A stretch of DNA of 64,000 nucleotides, from the IMG/VR virus record IMGVR_UViG_3300002220_000189, positions 32,001-96,000 of that record, one strand, 5' to 3'. This document shows, piece after piece, positions 8,660 to 18,729 of the stretch (its first letter is position 1; every line of letters begins with the position of its first letter). A program made the translations under genes and the position numbers. Below the pieces are notes generated by a model. The model saw only the letters and a list, made by a program, of their open reading frames with translations. It did no database searches and was not told the origin of the DNA. The DNA comes from a virus (lineage: Duplodnaviria; Caudoviricetes).

Positions 8660-9318
8660 AGGTAGTGTCACTTATACCAGCACGAGGCAATTCAAAGTCT
8701 ATACTAAAGAAGAATTTATATCCTCTTAATGGAATTCCTTTAATTGATTTTACACTTAAAGCATCAACTATGTCAATAGTAGATGAAACATGGGTTAGTA
8801 CTGATGATATTGAAATTGCCGAACATTGTGAAAATTTTGAATATTTTGATGCTCCTGTAAATGTTTTGATGAGACCAGATTATTTAGCAACGGATGATGC
8901 GACAACAGAAAGTGTTATGAAACATTTTACGGAAAATGTTGAGTATGATATAATTGTTCTGATACAGGCAACATCACCAATGATAACACATAGAGATATC
9001 AATAATGGATTAGAGATACTTCTCGTTTATAACTATGATAGTGTATTTTCTGTCGCAGAAGCATCTGATATGTTGATTTGGGATAAGGAAACAAAAAAAC
9101 CACTCAATTATGATCCATTTGATAGAGGAAACAGACAAAGTAGAAATAATAACATAGTAATTGAAACAGGCGGATTTTATATAACACACAGAAGACAATT
9201 TATAGAAACGGAATGTAGAATGTCGGGTTCGATTGGATTTGTGAAAATTCCATTTTGGAAAATGTTTGAAGTTGATGATATTGAAGATGCTAAAATGATA
9301 GAAAAACTTATGAAATAA
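8647..9318 (+). CDS. neuA: Acylneuraminate (CMP-nonulosonate) cytidylyltransferase
   Basis: IPARGNSKSILKKN, VSTDD, RPDYLATD, IQATSP, EVDDIED. Confidence 0.9.
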   Translation: MEKLKVVSLIPARGNSKSILKKNLYPLNGIPLIDFTLKASTMSIVDETWVSTDDIEIAEHCENFEYFDAPVNVLMRPDYLATDDATTESVMKHFTENVEYDIIVLIQATSPMITHRDINNGLEILLVYNYDSVFSVAEASDMLIWDKETKKPLNYDPFDRGNRQSRNNNIVIETGGFYITHRRQFIETECRMSGSIGFVKIPFWKMFEVDDIEDAKMIEKLMK

Positions 9319-9323
9319 AATAC

Positions 9324-9352
9324 TTGACATTTTATATATTTTATAGTACAAT
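9324..9352 (+). promoter_or_regulatory. Sigma70-type promoter
   Basis: TTGACA-17 bp-TACAAT in an intergenic region. Confidence 0.8.
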
Positions 9353-9382
9353 TACTTATACATGAAATTTTACAAATGTTTT

Positions 9383-9390
9383 TATAAATA
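9383..9390 (+). promoter_or_regulatory. T4-type late promoter upstream of the GIY-YIG gene
   Basis: TATAAATA. Confidence 0.6.
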
Positions 9391-9420
9391 CCTATGATAC
9401 CAAATTCATGAGAATCAATT

Positions 9421-10215
9421 ATGAAGATAAAATTAGGAATATATCATGAAATGTTTTCTAAAATAGATAAACCGGGAGTTTATCTTATCATAAATACTAA
9501 AAACAATAAATATTATGTAGGTAGTTCAGTAAATATATCAAAAAGATGGATAAATCACCAAAGATGTTTGAAATTAGGAATACATAAAAATCCTATATTA
9601 CAAAATTCATATAATAAATATGGTTCGGATTCTTTTGTTTTTATTATATTACAAAAAACTAACTGTATTAAAAGTGAAATACTATCATATGAACAATTTT
9701 GGTTAGATATGTTATTTGATATATGTCCAGAATGTCTTTACAATATATGTAAATCAGCAACATCTACTTTAGGTCGTACATTATCAAAAGAAACTAAAGA
9801 GAAAATAAGTAAATCTCATAAAGGTAAAAAACTTTCTTATGAAACCAGAAAAAAGATGTGTGAAAGTCATAAAGGTAATAATAATGGAATGTATGGAAAA
9901 AAACATACAGAAGAAACTAAAATAATTCAATCACAACATAAAAGGGGAATGTATAATGGTGATAACAATCCTTTTTATGGGAAAAAACATACTGATAAAA
10001 CAAAGAAAATAATCGGGAATAAAAATAGAGGTAAGATAAGTAGTAGAAGACTATTGAATATTGAGCAGGTATTAGAAATAAAAAAAATTATCCAGCAAAA
10101 ACCTCATAATATTATGTGGAAAGATTATTATTGTGAAATAGGAAAACAATATAATGTTAGTTCAAATTATATTCATAAAATAAAGAAAGGACAGAAATAT
10201 GGTAACGAGTATTGA
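9421..10215 (+). CDS. Free-standing GIY-YIG homing endonuclease with NUMOD3 repeats
   Basis: GVYLI...YYVGSS...RW; repeated (N)xMYGKKHTEETK / SKETKEKISKSHKG. Confidence 0.92.
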   Translation: MKIKLGIYHEMFSKIDKPGVYLIINTKNNKYYVGSSVNISKRWINHQRCLKLGIHKNPILQNSYNKYGSDSFVFIILQKTNCIKSEILSYEQFWLDMLFDICPECLYNICKSATSTLGRTLSKETKEKISKSHKGKKLSYETRKKMCESHKGNNNGMYGKKHTEETKIIQSQHKRGMYNGDNNPFYGKKHTDKTKKIIGNKNRGKISSRRLLNIEQVLEIKKIIQQKPHNIMWKDYYCEIGKQYNVSSNYIHKIKKGQKYGNEY

Positions 10216-11194
10216 AAATAACATAAAAATAATCAGAACTAATAGTTACGAAATCAAATTTAATATGCTAACTGGTGTAGAAATAACACAGGGTATTAAT
10301 GGATATAATGATCCTCGTGTATTAGAAATGTGTTCACTCATAGATATTGGTGTAATGGGACATTGTAATAATAGATGTAATTTTTGCTATCAGGGAGATA
10401 TACAGCAACCAAATATGAAACTTCAAGATTATAAAAAAATAATTTTAGAATCAAAAAATTCTGTTATGCAAGTGGCATTAGGTGGTAGAGGAAATCCTGA
10501 TGAACATGAAAATTTTTATGAATTATTAGCATTTGCAAGACAGAATAATATTATTCCTAATTATACAACAGCTGGTAATACTATGACTAAAGAAAAAGCT
10601 GAATTGTCAAAAATGACCGGAGCAACCGCTGTAAGTGATTATAATGAAAATTTTACATATAATGCCATAAATCTTCTTATGGCTGCCGGTGTAAAAACTA
10701 ATATTCATACTATTGTTTCAAAACAGTCAATGGATCGTATATTGAAAATATTAGATGGTGAAGATGTTTGGGGTGGTAGAGTAGATATTTCTAAATTAAA
10801 TGCTGTTATTTTTCTTTTATTCAAACCACAAGGAAGAGGAAAGCAGTATCCAGAATGGGCACCAACTAATGAGCAGATAAAAGATTTCATCAAACTTATG
10901 AGAAATCCAAAATGTGAGTTCAAAATAGGACTTGATTCTTGCATGGTGTGCCGTATTTCACAATTAGATAATCTTTCAGAACAAGAAAAAATGTTTATTG
11001 ACACTTGTGAAGCATCAAGAATGAGTATGTATATTACACCAAATATGATTGCTAAACCATGTTCATTTGGAGATGATTCATATGGTATTAATTTAAAAAA
11101 TATTTCTATAGAATATGCATGGAATTCATTAAATTTTAATATTATAAGAAGTAAGTTATTATTTAATCCTACTAAATGCCCATTTGGATTATAA
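10199..11194 (+). CDS. Radical SAM protein with SPASM/twitch-like C-terminus
   Basis: CNNRCNFC, VALGGRGNP, CEASRMSMYI...PCSF...CP. Confidence 0.88.
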   Translation: MVTSIENNIKIIRTNSYEIKFNMLTGVEITQGINGYNDPRVLEMCSLIDIGVMGHCNNRCNFCYQGDIQQPNMKLQDYKKIILESKNSVMQVALGGRGNPDEHENFYELLAFARQNNIIPNYTTAGNTMTKEKAELSKMTGATAVSDYNENFTYNAINLLMAAGVKTNIHTIVSKQSMDRILKILDGEDVWGGRVDISKLNAVIFLLFKPQGRGKQYPEWAPTNEQIKDFIKLMRNPKCEFKIGLDSCMVCRISQLDNLSEQEKMFIDTCEASRMSMYITPNMIAKPCSFGDDSYGINLKNISIEYAWNSLNFNIIRSKLLFNPTKCPFGL

Positions 11195-11208
11195 GAAAGG
11201 AATATATT

Positions 11209-11385
11209 ATGATGTGCAATTTATGTCGAAAAATATTAAAAAAAGGAACAAAATATATTATAAATAATGAAATGAAAATTTGTGAATTATGTATTAAAAT
11301 ATGCGTAAAAATTATAAATGATCCAAAAGAAAGTAATAAAAAAATAACATATCTTAATGAATATCGTGAACGGATTGGAATATGA
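11209..11385 (+). CDS. Small C4 zinc-finger protein (ClpX-ZF-like)
   Basis: CNLC...ICELCIKICVKII; AAGGA RBS before ATG 11209. Confidence 0.6.
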   Translation: MMCNLCRKILKKGTKYIINNEMKICELCIKICVKIINDPKESNKKITYLNEYRERIGI

Positions 11386-11558
11386 TAAAAGATGTTTGTT
11401 TTATATTAACATCATTGATAACAGTTTTATCTATTGGTATTATTTCAGTGAAATTAGAAATTTCTTTTGATGTGGGATTTTTCTTAACTATACTTGCTTG
11501 GTTATGGTTGCATTATAATTGGGAATATATATATTATGGGATATTTGGAGGAAAATAA
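11382..11558 (+). CDS. Small membrane protein (58 aa, two hydrophobic segments)
   Basis: Manual translation MIKDVCFILTSLITVLSIGIISVK...GFFLTILAWLWLHY...; ATGA and TAATG overlaps with both neighbours. Confidence 0.6.
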   Translation: MIKDVCFILTSLITVLSIGIISVKLEISFDVGFFLTILAWLWLHYNWEYIYYGIFGGK

Positions 11559-11887
11559 TGAAAATAAAATGTGATTTTGTAACAAACAGTTCAAGTGCAT
11601 CATTTATTATGTATTTCAGAACAAATGATGATACGGTAGAAGAATTCGTTACCAGAATTGAAAAGCTCTTATCAGATATATCATACCATAGAAATTTTTC
11701 TAATGCAAGAATAGAAAGGGTAACTGAAGGAATATATAGAATGATAGATTGGACTTCAATGTATAATTATAATGATGATATGCCTAATTATATGAAGTCT
11801 ATTTTGGTTGAATATCATTTGAATAGATCAAATATTTTTAAAAATGGTATAAAAGAAATAATCTTTGAAATATCAGATGATTACTAA
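11558..11887 (+). CDS. Hypothetical protein with N-terminal MKIKxDFVTNSSS motif
   Basis: GGAGG RBS before ATG 11558. Confidence 0.7.
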   Translation: MKIKCDFVTNSSSASFIMYFRTNDDTVEEFVTRIEKLLSDISYHRNFSNARIERVTEGIYRMIDWTSMYNYNDDMPNYMKSILVEYHLNRSNIFKNGIKEIIFEISDDY

Positions 11888-11899
11888 AAGGAATACAAT

Positions 11900-12094
11900 A
11901 TGACATTAGGTGAATTTAGAGAAAAAACTAAACATTATCCAGATGATACAGATATACAAGTCAATGGAAGTTGTTTTATCCATGTACTGTTTGAAGAATT
12001 TGTTTATTTTAAATGCCCTCCAACTACTTTTTTTGTGGAAGTACCTGGTAGATCTAATGCAACAAGGAAATTAAAAATAGAATCACTCAAATAA
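11900..12094 (+). CDS. Hypothetical protein
   Basis: AAGGA RBS; MTLGEFREK...YPDD start typical of small phage proteins. Confidence 0.6.
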   Translation: MTLGEFREKTKHYPDDTDIQVNGSCFIHVLFEEFVYFKCPPTTFFVEVPGRSNATRKLKIESLK

Positions 12095-12104
12095 GGAGAG
12101 AATA

Positions 12105-12320
12105 ATGAAAATTGTTATAGATGAAAGACCGTCATCAAATAATAATCCTAAGCCGTTTTTTGCTATACGTTTATATCCAGAAACGAATGAAGAAATGGGT
12201 AAGATGGAATGGGGATTATCTGTTATGAGTGATCCCTATCGTGTAGATAGAATATGTAATGGTAAAGGAGATACTACTTTTCATTATGCTATATTATTTA
12301 AAGAAATTATATGGAAATAA
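12105..12320 (+). CDS. Hypothetical protein
   Basis: AAGGAG RBS, 71 aa. Confidence 0.6.
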   Translation: MKIVIDERPSSNNNPKPFFAIRLYPETNEEMGKMEWGLSVMSDPYRVDRICNGKGDTTFHYAILFKEIIWK

Positions 12321-12371
12321 AAATAAAAAATAATATTTAAAAATAATCTTTACTTTTGGTCATTATCGTAT

Positions 12372-12408
12372 AAATAAAAGAGAATATACAATATATTCTC
12401 TTTTATTT
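12372..12408. terminator. Perfect 17-bp inverted repeat (probable terminator or regulatory hairpin) overlapping late promoter TATAAATA at 12369-12376
   Basis: AAATAAAAGAGAATATA-CAA-TATATTCTCTTTTATTT. Confidence 0.65.
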
Positions 12409-12497
12409 TGTACAGTACAATTTTGTACATATTCTGTCCTCCGGACAACTGGTATATTATATCATATATTCGGAAATTGTAAATTAAAAATATTTGG

Positions 12498-13493
12498 ATG
12501 AATAATATGGAAAGACAAGTATGGTGGAATGGAAATTTTGTTCCAGAAAGTAATGCAAAAGTATCTATATATGATAGTGCTATGATGTTTGGTGATATAA
12601 TATTTACTATGATGCGAACATTTAATGGTAAAGTATTTCAGTTAGATAGACATATGGATAGATTATTTAATAATTTAAAATATATGTATCTTGATATACC
12701 ATATACTAAAAATCAAATAAAAGATGCTGTATATCAAACAATAGAAGTTAATAAACCTACAATGCAAGATGATGATGAACACAGAATATTAATAGATATT
12801 ACAAGAGGTTTATTATCAATATATCAAGATGTAGTAGGAGTAGAAAAAGGAATAAATGTAATTATCGCAGATTTTCCTTTACGATGGACTACAAAAGGAA
12901 TGAGTAAATATTATCAAGAAGGAATAAATGCTATTATACCATCACAAAGAACTATTCCTGCTAATCTATTAGAACCAAAAGTTAAAAATAGAAATCGTAT
13001 ACATTATCTTATGGCAAATATTGAAATATCACAACATAAAGGTAATAATAATTGGGCATTATTATTAGATAATGATGGTTATATAACAGAAGGAACAGGT
13101 GCTAATTTCTTTATAGTTACTAAAGAAAATGAGGTTGTAACACCAGAACCCAGAAATGTTCTTAGAGGAATTAGTAGAAATTATGTTATGGAAATATGTA
13201 GAAAACATGATATTAAATGTTATGAAAGAAATATTGAATTATATGATGTAGTTACCGCACAAGAAGCATTTTTTACAGGAACGCCATTTTGTTTACTACC
13301 TGTTGTTTCCATAAACGGCTTGCAGATCGGAGAAGGTATTCCATTAAAAAAAGATGGTATAACTAATAAAATATTAACATTTTGGAATTCTTATGTTGGT
13401 TTAAATATTAAAAATCAGATAGAATCTTGGGATAACGAACTAAATACTATTGGAAACTTTGTTTCGCCATATACATTTAATAAGGATAATTAA
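12498..13493 (+). CDS. Class IV PLP aminotransferase (branched-chain / D-amino acid aminotransferase family)
   Basis: VSIYDSAMMFGD, HMDRL, catalytic K in PKVKNRN, ITEGTGANFF, LRGISR, EAFFTGT. Confidence 0.9.
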   Translation: MNNMERQVWWNGNFVPESNAKVSIYDSAMMFGDIIFTMMRTFNGKVFQLDRHMDRLFNNLKYMYLDIPYTKNQIKDAVYQTIEVNKPTMQDDDEHRILIDITRGLLSIYQDVVGVEKGINVIIADFPLRWTTKGMSKYYQEGINAIIPSQRTIPANLLEPKVKNRNRIHYLMANIEISQHKGNNNWALLLDNDGYITEGTGANFFIVTKENEVVTPEPRNVLRGISRNYVMEICRKHDIKCYERNIELYDVVTAQEAFFTGTPFCLLPVVSINGLQIGEGIPLKKDGITNKILTFWNSYVGLNIKNQIESWDNELNTIGNFVSPYTFNKDN

Positions 13494-14290
13494 TGAATTT
13501 TAATGAACAACCTATTGATATAGCAGTAACTTGCTATAATACGGGAAAATATATAGAAGAATGTATAGAAAGTATTATTTATCAAACTTATAAAAATTGG
13601 AATTTGATTATTGTTGATGATCATTCAAAAGATCAAACACTAAATATTATTAAATCAACAATTAAAAAATTTAAAATTTCTAAAAAATGTAAGTTATTTA
13701 CATTAAATGAAAATTGCGGATATGGGATGTCACTAAAAACTGCTATTGAAAAGGGTTCTAGTGACATTATTTTTATTGTAGATTCTGATGATATATTAGC
13801 AGAAAATATGGCATTTGAAAAAATGGTTAATGCTCATAAAAAATTCCCAAATGCTTCTTTAATATATAGTAATTATTATGAATGTACAAATACTACGAAT
13901 AAAAAATCTTTAATAAAATGTAGAGAACCACGATATGGTGAAACATATTTAGGAAAATTTTCAGGATATACATATTTGGGCTCGCATCTTACAATAAGTC
14001 ATTTGAAATCTTTTAAACGTAAATATTATAATATGACAGAAGGATTAAATCCGATGTTAAAGAAAGCAGTTGATAAGGATTTGATTTTAAAATTAGAAGA
14101 AGTTGGAGAATTAAAATATATTAACGAAGATTTATATATTCATAGAAAACATAATGATAGTATATCATCAAAATTTAAAAGTTTAAGGTTTATAGATCAA
14201 TTAAGAATTTTAGAAATGAAAACTTCTATGTATCTCAAAGCTAGAGATCGTAGAAGAAATAAGGTAAAAAATGAAGATATTATTGGATAA
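13493..14290 (+). CDS. Glycosyltransferase family 2
   Basis: CYNTGKYIEECIESI, IVDDHSKD, VDSDD. Confidence 0.9.
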   Translation: MNFNEQPIDIAVTCYNTGKYIEECIESIIYQTYKNWNLIIVDDHSKDQTLNIIKSTIKKFKISKKCKLFTLNENCGYGMSLKTAIEKGSSDIIFIVDSDDILAENMAFEKMVNAHKKFPNASLIYSNYYECTNTTNKKSLIKCREPRYGETYLGKFSGYTYLGSHLTISHLKSFKRKYYNMTEGLNPMLKKAVDKDLILKLEEVGELKYINEDLYIHRKHNDSISSKFKSLRFIDQLRILEMKTSMYLKARDRRRNKVKNEDIIG

Positions 14291-15212
14291 TGCTCTCGGA
14301 CATATAGCAATTACAAGGATGCTACCATATTGGAAAAAGAACCATCATAATATAACAACAAATGCTAATGATAAGCCAAATATTCAATTATCTTTTGTAA
14401 GATTTGGTATTCATACTAATTTACCAAAAATTCTTCGCTTAGATGGTATTTATTATGATTCTGCTACCGATTACAATAATAGGAATTTAGCAATAAGTAA
14501 TGGTCATCAGATTGCCGATGGTATAATATATCAAAGCATACATTCCTCTATGATGTGTGGAAAATATTTAGGAAAGAAAAAGAATTTAGTAAGTACTAAA
14601 ATTATTTATAATGGTATTGATCCTAATTGGTGTGGATCACCTATAGAACATGATGGTATAAACATTGCAGTTGCTAATAAATGGAGACGCCATAAAAGAT
14701 TGAAGGAGACTATTGAATTATTTATTGAATTTTTGAAAATAAAGCCAAATTCGATGTTACATATTTTTGGTAGATTACATGATAATATTGAGATCAAACA
14801 TCCTAAAATCAAATATTACGGTCAAGTTGAAAGAGAAAAATTGATTGACATATATAGAAAAACAGATTTTACGCTACATTTATCTAAAAGAGATAGTTGT
14901 CCTAATAGTGTAGTAGAATATATAGGTGCAGGAATTCCTGTTATTACAACAAATAATTGCGGCGGTGCAACAGAAATGTGCAAACTCACAGAAGGTTGTA
15001 TTATAATTGATAATGACGGGGATTATAATAATCTTGATCCGGTTTCACATTATCAAGAATCATGGAATATATTACCTAAAAATGTGAAAAATGATATACT
15101 GGATGCTATGATATTATTAGCAAATGAAAAAAGAAGGGTTCAAATACCTAAAGAATTGACCGCCGAGTGTATGGCAAATGAATATATAAAATATATGGAG
15201 GATGTTATATAA
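14271..15212 (+). CDS. Glycosyltransferase family 4 (GT-B)
   Basis: IIYNGID, WRRHKR, DSCPNSVVEYIGAGIPVI. Confidence 0.85.
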   Translation: MKILLDNALGHIAITRMLPYWKKNHHNITTNANDKPNIQLSFVRFGIHTNLPKILRLDGIYYDSATDYNNRNLAISNGHQIADGIIYQSIHSSMMCGKYLGKKKNLVSTKIIYNGIDPNWCGSPIEHDGINIAVANKWRRHKRLKETIELFIEFLKIKPNSMLHIFGRLHDNIEIKHPKIKYYGQVEREKLIDIYRKTDFTLHLSKRDSCPNSVVEYIGAGIPVITTNNCGGATEMCKLTEGCIIIDNDGDYNNLDPVSHYQESWNILPKNVKNDILDAMILLANEKRRVQIPKELTAECMANEYIKYMEDVI

Positions 15213-16006
15213 TGTTAGCAGGATTATCTGTAATTAATTGTGAATTAACCAGTAGATGTAACAAAAACTGCTGGCATTGTGGAAGACGAGAAAGAGAACG
15301 ACTTTATGGTGATCAGGGGTATGGTGATATGCCATTACATATAGTTGGGTTGATAGCATCACAAATACCGCCAGGAATTATGGTTCAATTACATAGAGAT
15401 GGTGAACCACTTGTATATCCCGAATTTAGAAAAGCTGTAAAATTATTCAAGCACTGTATTACAAATATTGTATCTAATGGTAAATTGATAGTTGAAAAAT
15501 CTAATGAAATTATAAATAATTTAGATATTCTTACTATTTCTATAATTGAAGATGATGATTCTAATGAAAAATACTTTCAACTTCAACAGATTGAAAAGTT
15601 TTTAAAGATTAAAGGAGAAAAGAAGCCACATACAATATTGAGGTTTGTTGGTGATGTTGATGAAGAACCTTATAAAAAGTTTAATCTTCTCCATGTAAAC
15701 AGAACATTACATTTACCTAAAGGAAGTGTAGGATATAGAAAACAGCCAATTATACCAGAATATGGTATATGTTTAGATTTTCTAACGCATTTAGCAATAG
15801 ACAGACATGGTAATGTAAGTATGTGTGTACGTTTTGATCCAGAGGGAGAATTGAGACTAGGTAACATCACATATACAAAATTATCTATTTTATGGAACAG
15901 TGAAAAAAGATTATATTACAAAAAGAAATTTATTGAAGGAAAGCGAGATGAATTACCATTTTGTGGTAATAAATGCGAATTTTGGGGCTGTCCGATTGGG
16001 AGATAA
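15212..16006 (+). CDS. Radical SAM / SPASM-twitch protein
   Basis: ELTSRCNKNCWHC, GEPL, CLDF...GNVSMC, C-terminal CxxKC. Confidence 0.85.
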   Translation: MLAGLSVINCELTSRCNKNCWHCGRRERERLYGDQGYGDMPLHIVGLIASQIPPGIMVQLHRDGEPLVYPEFRKAVKLFKHCITNIVSNGKLIVEKSNEIINNLDILTISIIEDDDSNEKYFQLQQIEKFLKIKGEKKPHTILRFVGDVDEEPYKKFNLLHVNRTLHLPKGSVGYRKQPIIPEYGICLDFLTHLAIDRHGNVSMCVRFDPEGELRLGNITYTKLSILWNSEKRLYYKKKFIEGKRDELPFCGNKCEFWGCPIGR

Positions 16007-16008
16007 AA

Positions 16009-16284
16009 ATGAAAAAGAAAAAAAAATCTAATGATGATTTACTTAAAATGTTAGATAATATCTCAGAATTTTTAGATAATGAAATAAAAGGAGTTAATGC
16101 ATCTTTACCACAAAGAGGTATGGATACGATGTCTGGAAAAAGATCATTATGTAATGTATTGATAGAGATATATTCTTCTACAGAAGATCAAAATATAAAA
16201 GACTTAGCAACAGAAGCAACAATGATGGCAAAAAAAATGACTAAAAAACTTGTAGAATATTATAAAAAAGAAAGAGGAAGATAG
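16009..16284 (+). CDS. Hypothetical protein
   Basis: GGGAG RBS before ATG 16009. Confidence 0.55.
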   Translation: MKKKKKSNDDLLKMLDNISEFLDNEIKGVNASLPQRGMDTMSGKRSLCNVLIEIYSSTEDQNIKDLATEATMMAKKMTKKLVEYYKKERGR

Positions 16285-17034
16285 ATGATATTACCGTTCA
16301 AGGAGTTATATAATAAAAAGAAAAGTCATATAGCTGTTTTTCTTGGTTCTGGAGCATCTGTAAATGATATAACTGAAGAACAATGGAGTATATTGACTAG
16401 ATTCGACTTGTGGGCTGTAAATAATTGGGTTTATCATCCATTTATAGTTCCAGATTTTTATCATATAGAAGTTAAAAAGTATGATGCGCTTATTGTAAAA
16501 GAAAGGCTTACAGAAAAATGGTCGAAATATAAAAATGTGAATTTTGTTATACCTAAACCAAAAGGAGAAAAATCACTTGTATTAGATACAATAGGGCATG
16601 AAAAACAGTCAAAAATTTATACATATGATTTTAATAAACGTGGTGCACATCCACTTCGTAGTTCTGCACAAATAATTGATGCTAATTATGATGTTAAATC
16701 ACCGATATTAATAAAATCATATGATGCTTCTGTAACTCTTTTAATTGATATGTTATATAAATTTGGTTATAAACATATTATTCTTGTTGGTGTTGATTTA
16801 TCAGATTCAAGATATTTTTGGACAGGTGGTGATTCAAAAGTATATGGTAGAGTACATCATCAATGGAATAAACAACATGAAGGAAAATCTCCAAATTCTC
16901 CACACAATACATTTCATGTTATATATTTTATTGTAGATTTTAATAATAGACATATGAAACCTAATAGAAAAGAGATTTTTATACAATCTAAAAAATCTTT
17001 ACTTTATAAATATATGAGACACATAGAAATTTAA
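16285..17034 (+). CDS. Maf/DUF115-like putative nonulosonate transferase
   Basis: FLGSGASV...AVNN...GYKHIILVGVDL signature of Maf/CstII-like GT-A variants; NeuA and NeuB nearby. Confidence 0.6.
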   Translation: MILPFKELYNKKKSHIAVFLGSGASVNDITEEQWSILTRFDLWAVNNWVYHPFIVPDFYHIEVKKYDALIVKERLTEKWSKYKNVNFVIPKPKGEKSLVLDTIGHEKQSKIYTYDFNKRGAHPLRSSAQIIDANYDVKSPILIKSYDASVTLLIDMLYKFGYKHIILVGVDLSDSRYFWTGGDSKVYGRVHHQWNKQHEGKSPNSPHNTFHVIYFIVDFNNRHMKPNRKEIFIQSKKSLLYKYMRHIEI

Positions 17035-17064
17035 TTAATAAATTAAAATGTTGAGAGACAGAAT

Positions 17065-17418
17065 ATGAAAAATATGGAAAATAAAAATATTGTTTTAAAA
17101 CCTTGGGGTAATGAAGAAATAATATATTCTGATGACAAATATACTATAAAAAAATTATTTATTAAACAAGGGCATAGAACTAGTTTACAATATCATGAAT
17201 ATAAACAAGAAACCATTTATGTTTTAAATGGTCATCTAAAAATAATTAGCAATACTGTAAATTTAGAATATATTATTTTATATCCAAATACCGGAATAAC
17301 TATTTTTCCTAATGAAATACACAGAATGGAAGGAATAACAGATGCTACTTATCTTGAATGTTCAACAAGTTTTTTAAATGATACAATTCGTCTTGAAGAT
17401 GATTATAATCGTGTATAA
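17065..17418 (+). CDS. Cupin (mannose-6-phosphate isomerase-like)
   Basis: KPWG, SLQYHEYKQET, IHRM, ECST, RLEDDYNR. Confidence 0.85.
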   Translation: MKNMENKNIVLKPWGNEEIIYSDDKYTIKKLFIKQGHRTSLQYHEYKQETIYVLNGHLKIISNTVNLEYIILYPNTGITIFPNEIHRMEGITDATYLECSTSFLNDTIRLEDDYNRV

Positions 17419-17464
17419 TTATAAGATTTTTTAAAAGGATGAATATTCAAAAATACGATAAAAT

Positions 17465-18088
17465 ATGAAATATAATAAACCAAATTCTTTGTATTATTAT
17501 AAAAATAATATAGCAAACGAATATATAAAAACCAGAGAAAGAAAAAAATCTTGGAAAAAAGAACAAGAAATTGTTGAGAAATATATTCAAATATTAAACA
17601 TTAAAAATGTTCTTGATGTACCATTTGGTACAGGAAGATTTGTATTACCATATTTAAAAAAGGGTCTTGATATTCATGGTATTGAAATTTCTGAAGATAT
17701 GATAAATGAAGCTAAAAAAATCTTAAAAAAAAACTTTTTATACTGTAATATTATACAAGGAAATTCTATAAATTTACCTTATAAAAATAATTCTTTTGAT
17801 TTTTTAGTTTGTACAAGATTTTTATCAGCTATTATTTCATTTTCTGATGTTAAAAAATCGTTAAAAGAATTTAGTAGAGTTACAAAAAAATATGCTTTAT
17901 TATTTATAGGACAAAGAAAAAACGATGATTTCAGAGAAAGATTACCTAATGATGATGAAAAAATGGATAAATGGTTATATCGTAAAGAAATTATTAAATT
18001 ATTACACGATTCAGATTTTGAAATTATTGAAGATACATATTCTGCAGATGATGCATATGCTTTTCTATGTAAAAGGAAATATAATTAA
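17465..18088 (+). CDS. Class I SAM-dependent methyltransferase
   Basis: VLDVPFGTGR, GIEISEDM, LPYKNNSFD, LKEFSRV. Confidence 0.88.
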   Translation: MKYNKPNSLYYYKNNIANEYIKTRERKKSWKKEQEIVEKYIQILNIKNVLDVPFGTGRFVLPYLKKGLDIHGIEISEDMINEAKKILKKNFLYCNIIQGNSINLPYKNNSFDFLVCTRFLSAIISFSDVKKSLKEFSRVTKKYALLFIGQRKNDDFRERLPNDDEKMDKWLYRKEIIKLLHDSDFEIIEDTYSADDAYAFLCKRKYN

Positions 18089-18726
18089 TGGCAAAAATAA
18101 TAGAAATAATGGGGTCTACTGCAATAGGGAAAACAACTATATATAAACATTTAACAACTATCTATAAACCTAATGAAATTTGTGATTATTATATACCGAA
18201 TTCTCCTCCATGCTTTCTAGATTCTTTTACATCAAAAGTAGAAAAATATGATATAAAACATTGGGGAAGATTAAAAAAATCAGGTATCAAATATGAAGAT
18301 ATATTACATTATAATAGATCAAAATATGTTATTGTAGATAAAAGAATTTATCATTATCTTTTTTCTATATTATTTTATTCAAATAAAAAAAATAATTTAA
18401 TAAGAAAATCTGATAATTTTATGAGAGAAAAATATGTAATAGAAAATTATGACGAAAATATTTTAAAAGAAATATTAAATGATTTTCCACAAATTCATGC
18501 TGTATTCAATTTAAAATGTGATATCAATGAAATATTAAGAAGAGAAAATGAAAGAAAAAGAGATCAAGAAGTTAATTTAGAAATATTAGAAACAACAATA
18601 AATTATATTGATCTAATATGTAATTTTTTAAAAAATAATAATGTTCTAGTATATGAAATTGATACCAGTATTGAAAAAGAAATAAATGCTGATAAAATAA
18701 AAAAAATATTAATGGAAGCAATATAA
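18088..18726 (+). CDS. P-loop kinase-like protein
   Basis: IEIMGSTAIGKTT Walker A; NMP-kinase-like lid RRENER. Confidence 0.65.
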   Translation: MAKIIEIMGSTAIGKTTIYKHLTTIYKPNEICDYYIPNSPPCFLDSFTSKVEKYDIKHWGRLKKSGIKYEDILHYNRSKYVIVDKRIYHYLFSILFYSNKKNNLIRKSDNFMREKYVIENYDENILKEILNDFPQIHAVFNLKCDINEILRRENERKRDQEVNLEILETTINYIDLICNFLKNNNVLVYEIDTSIEKEINADKIKKILMEAI

Positions 18727-18729
18727 AGG

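Noticed and set aside
9362-9397. MKFYKCFYKYL mini-ORF as the orphaned 5' end of the radical SAM gene
   Set aside because: Similarity to the downstream gene start is too weak to support, unlike the 22507-22572 case
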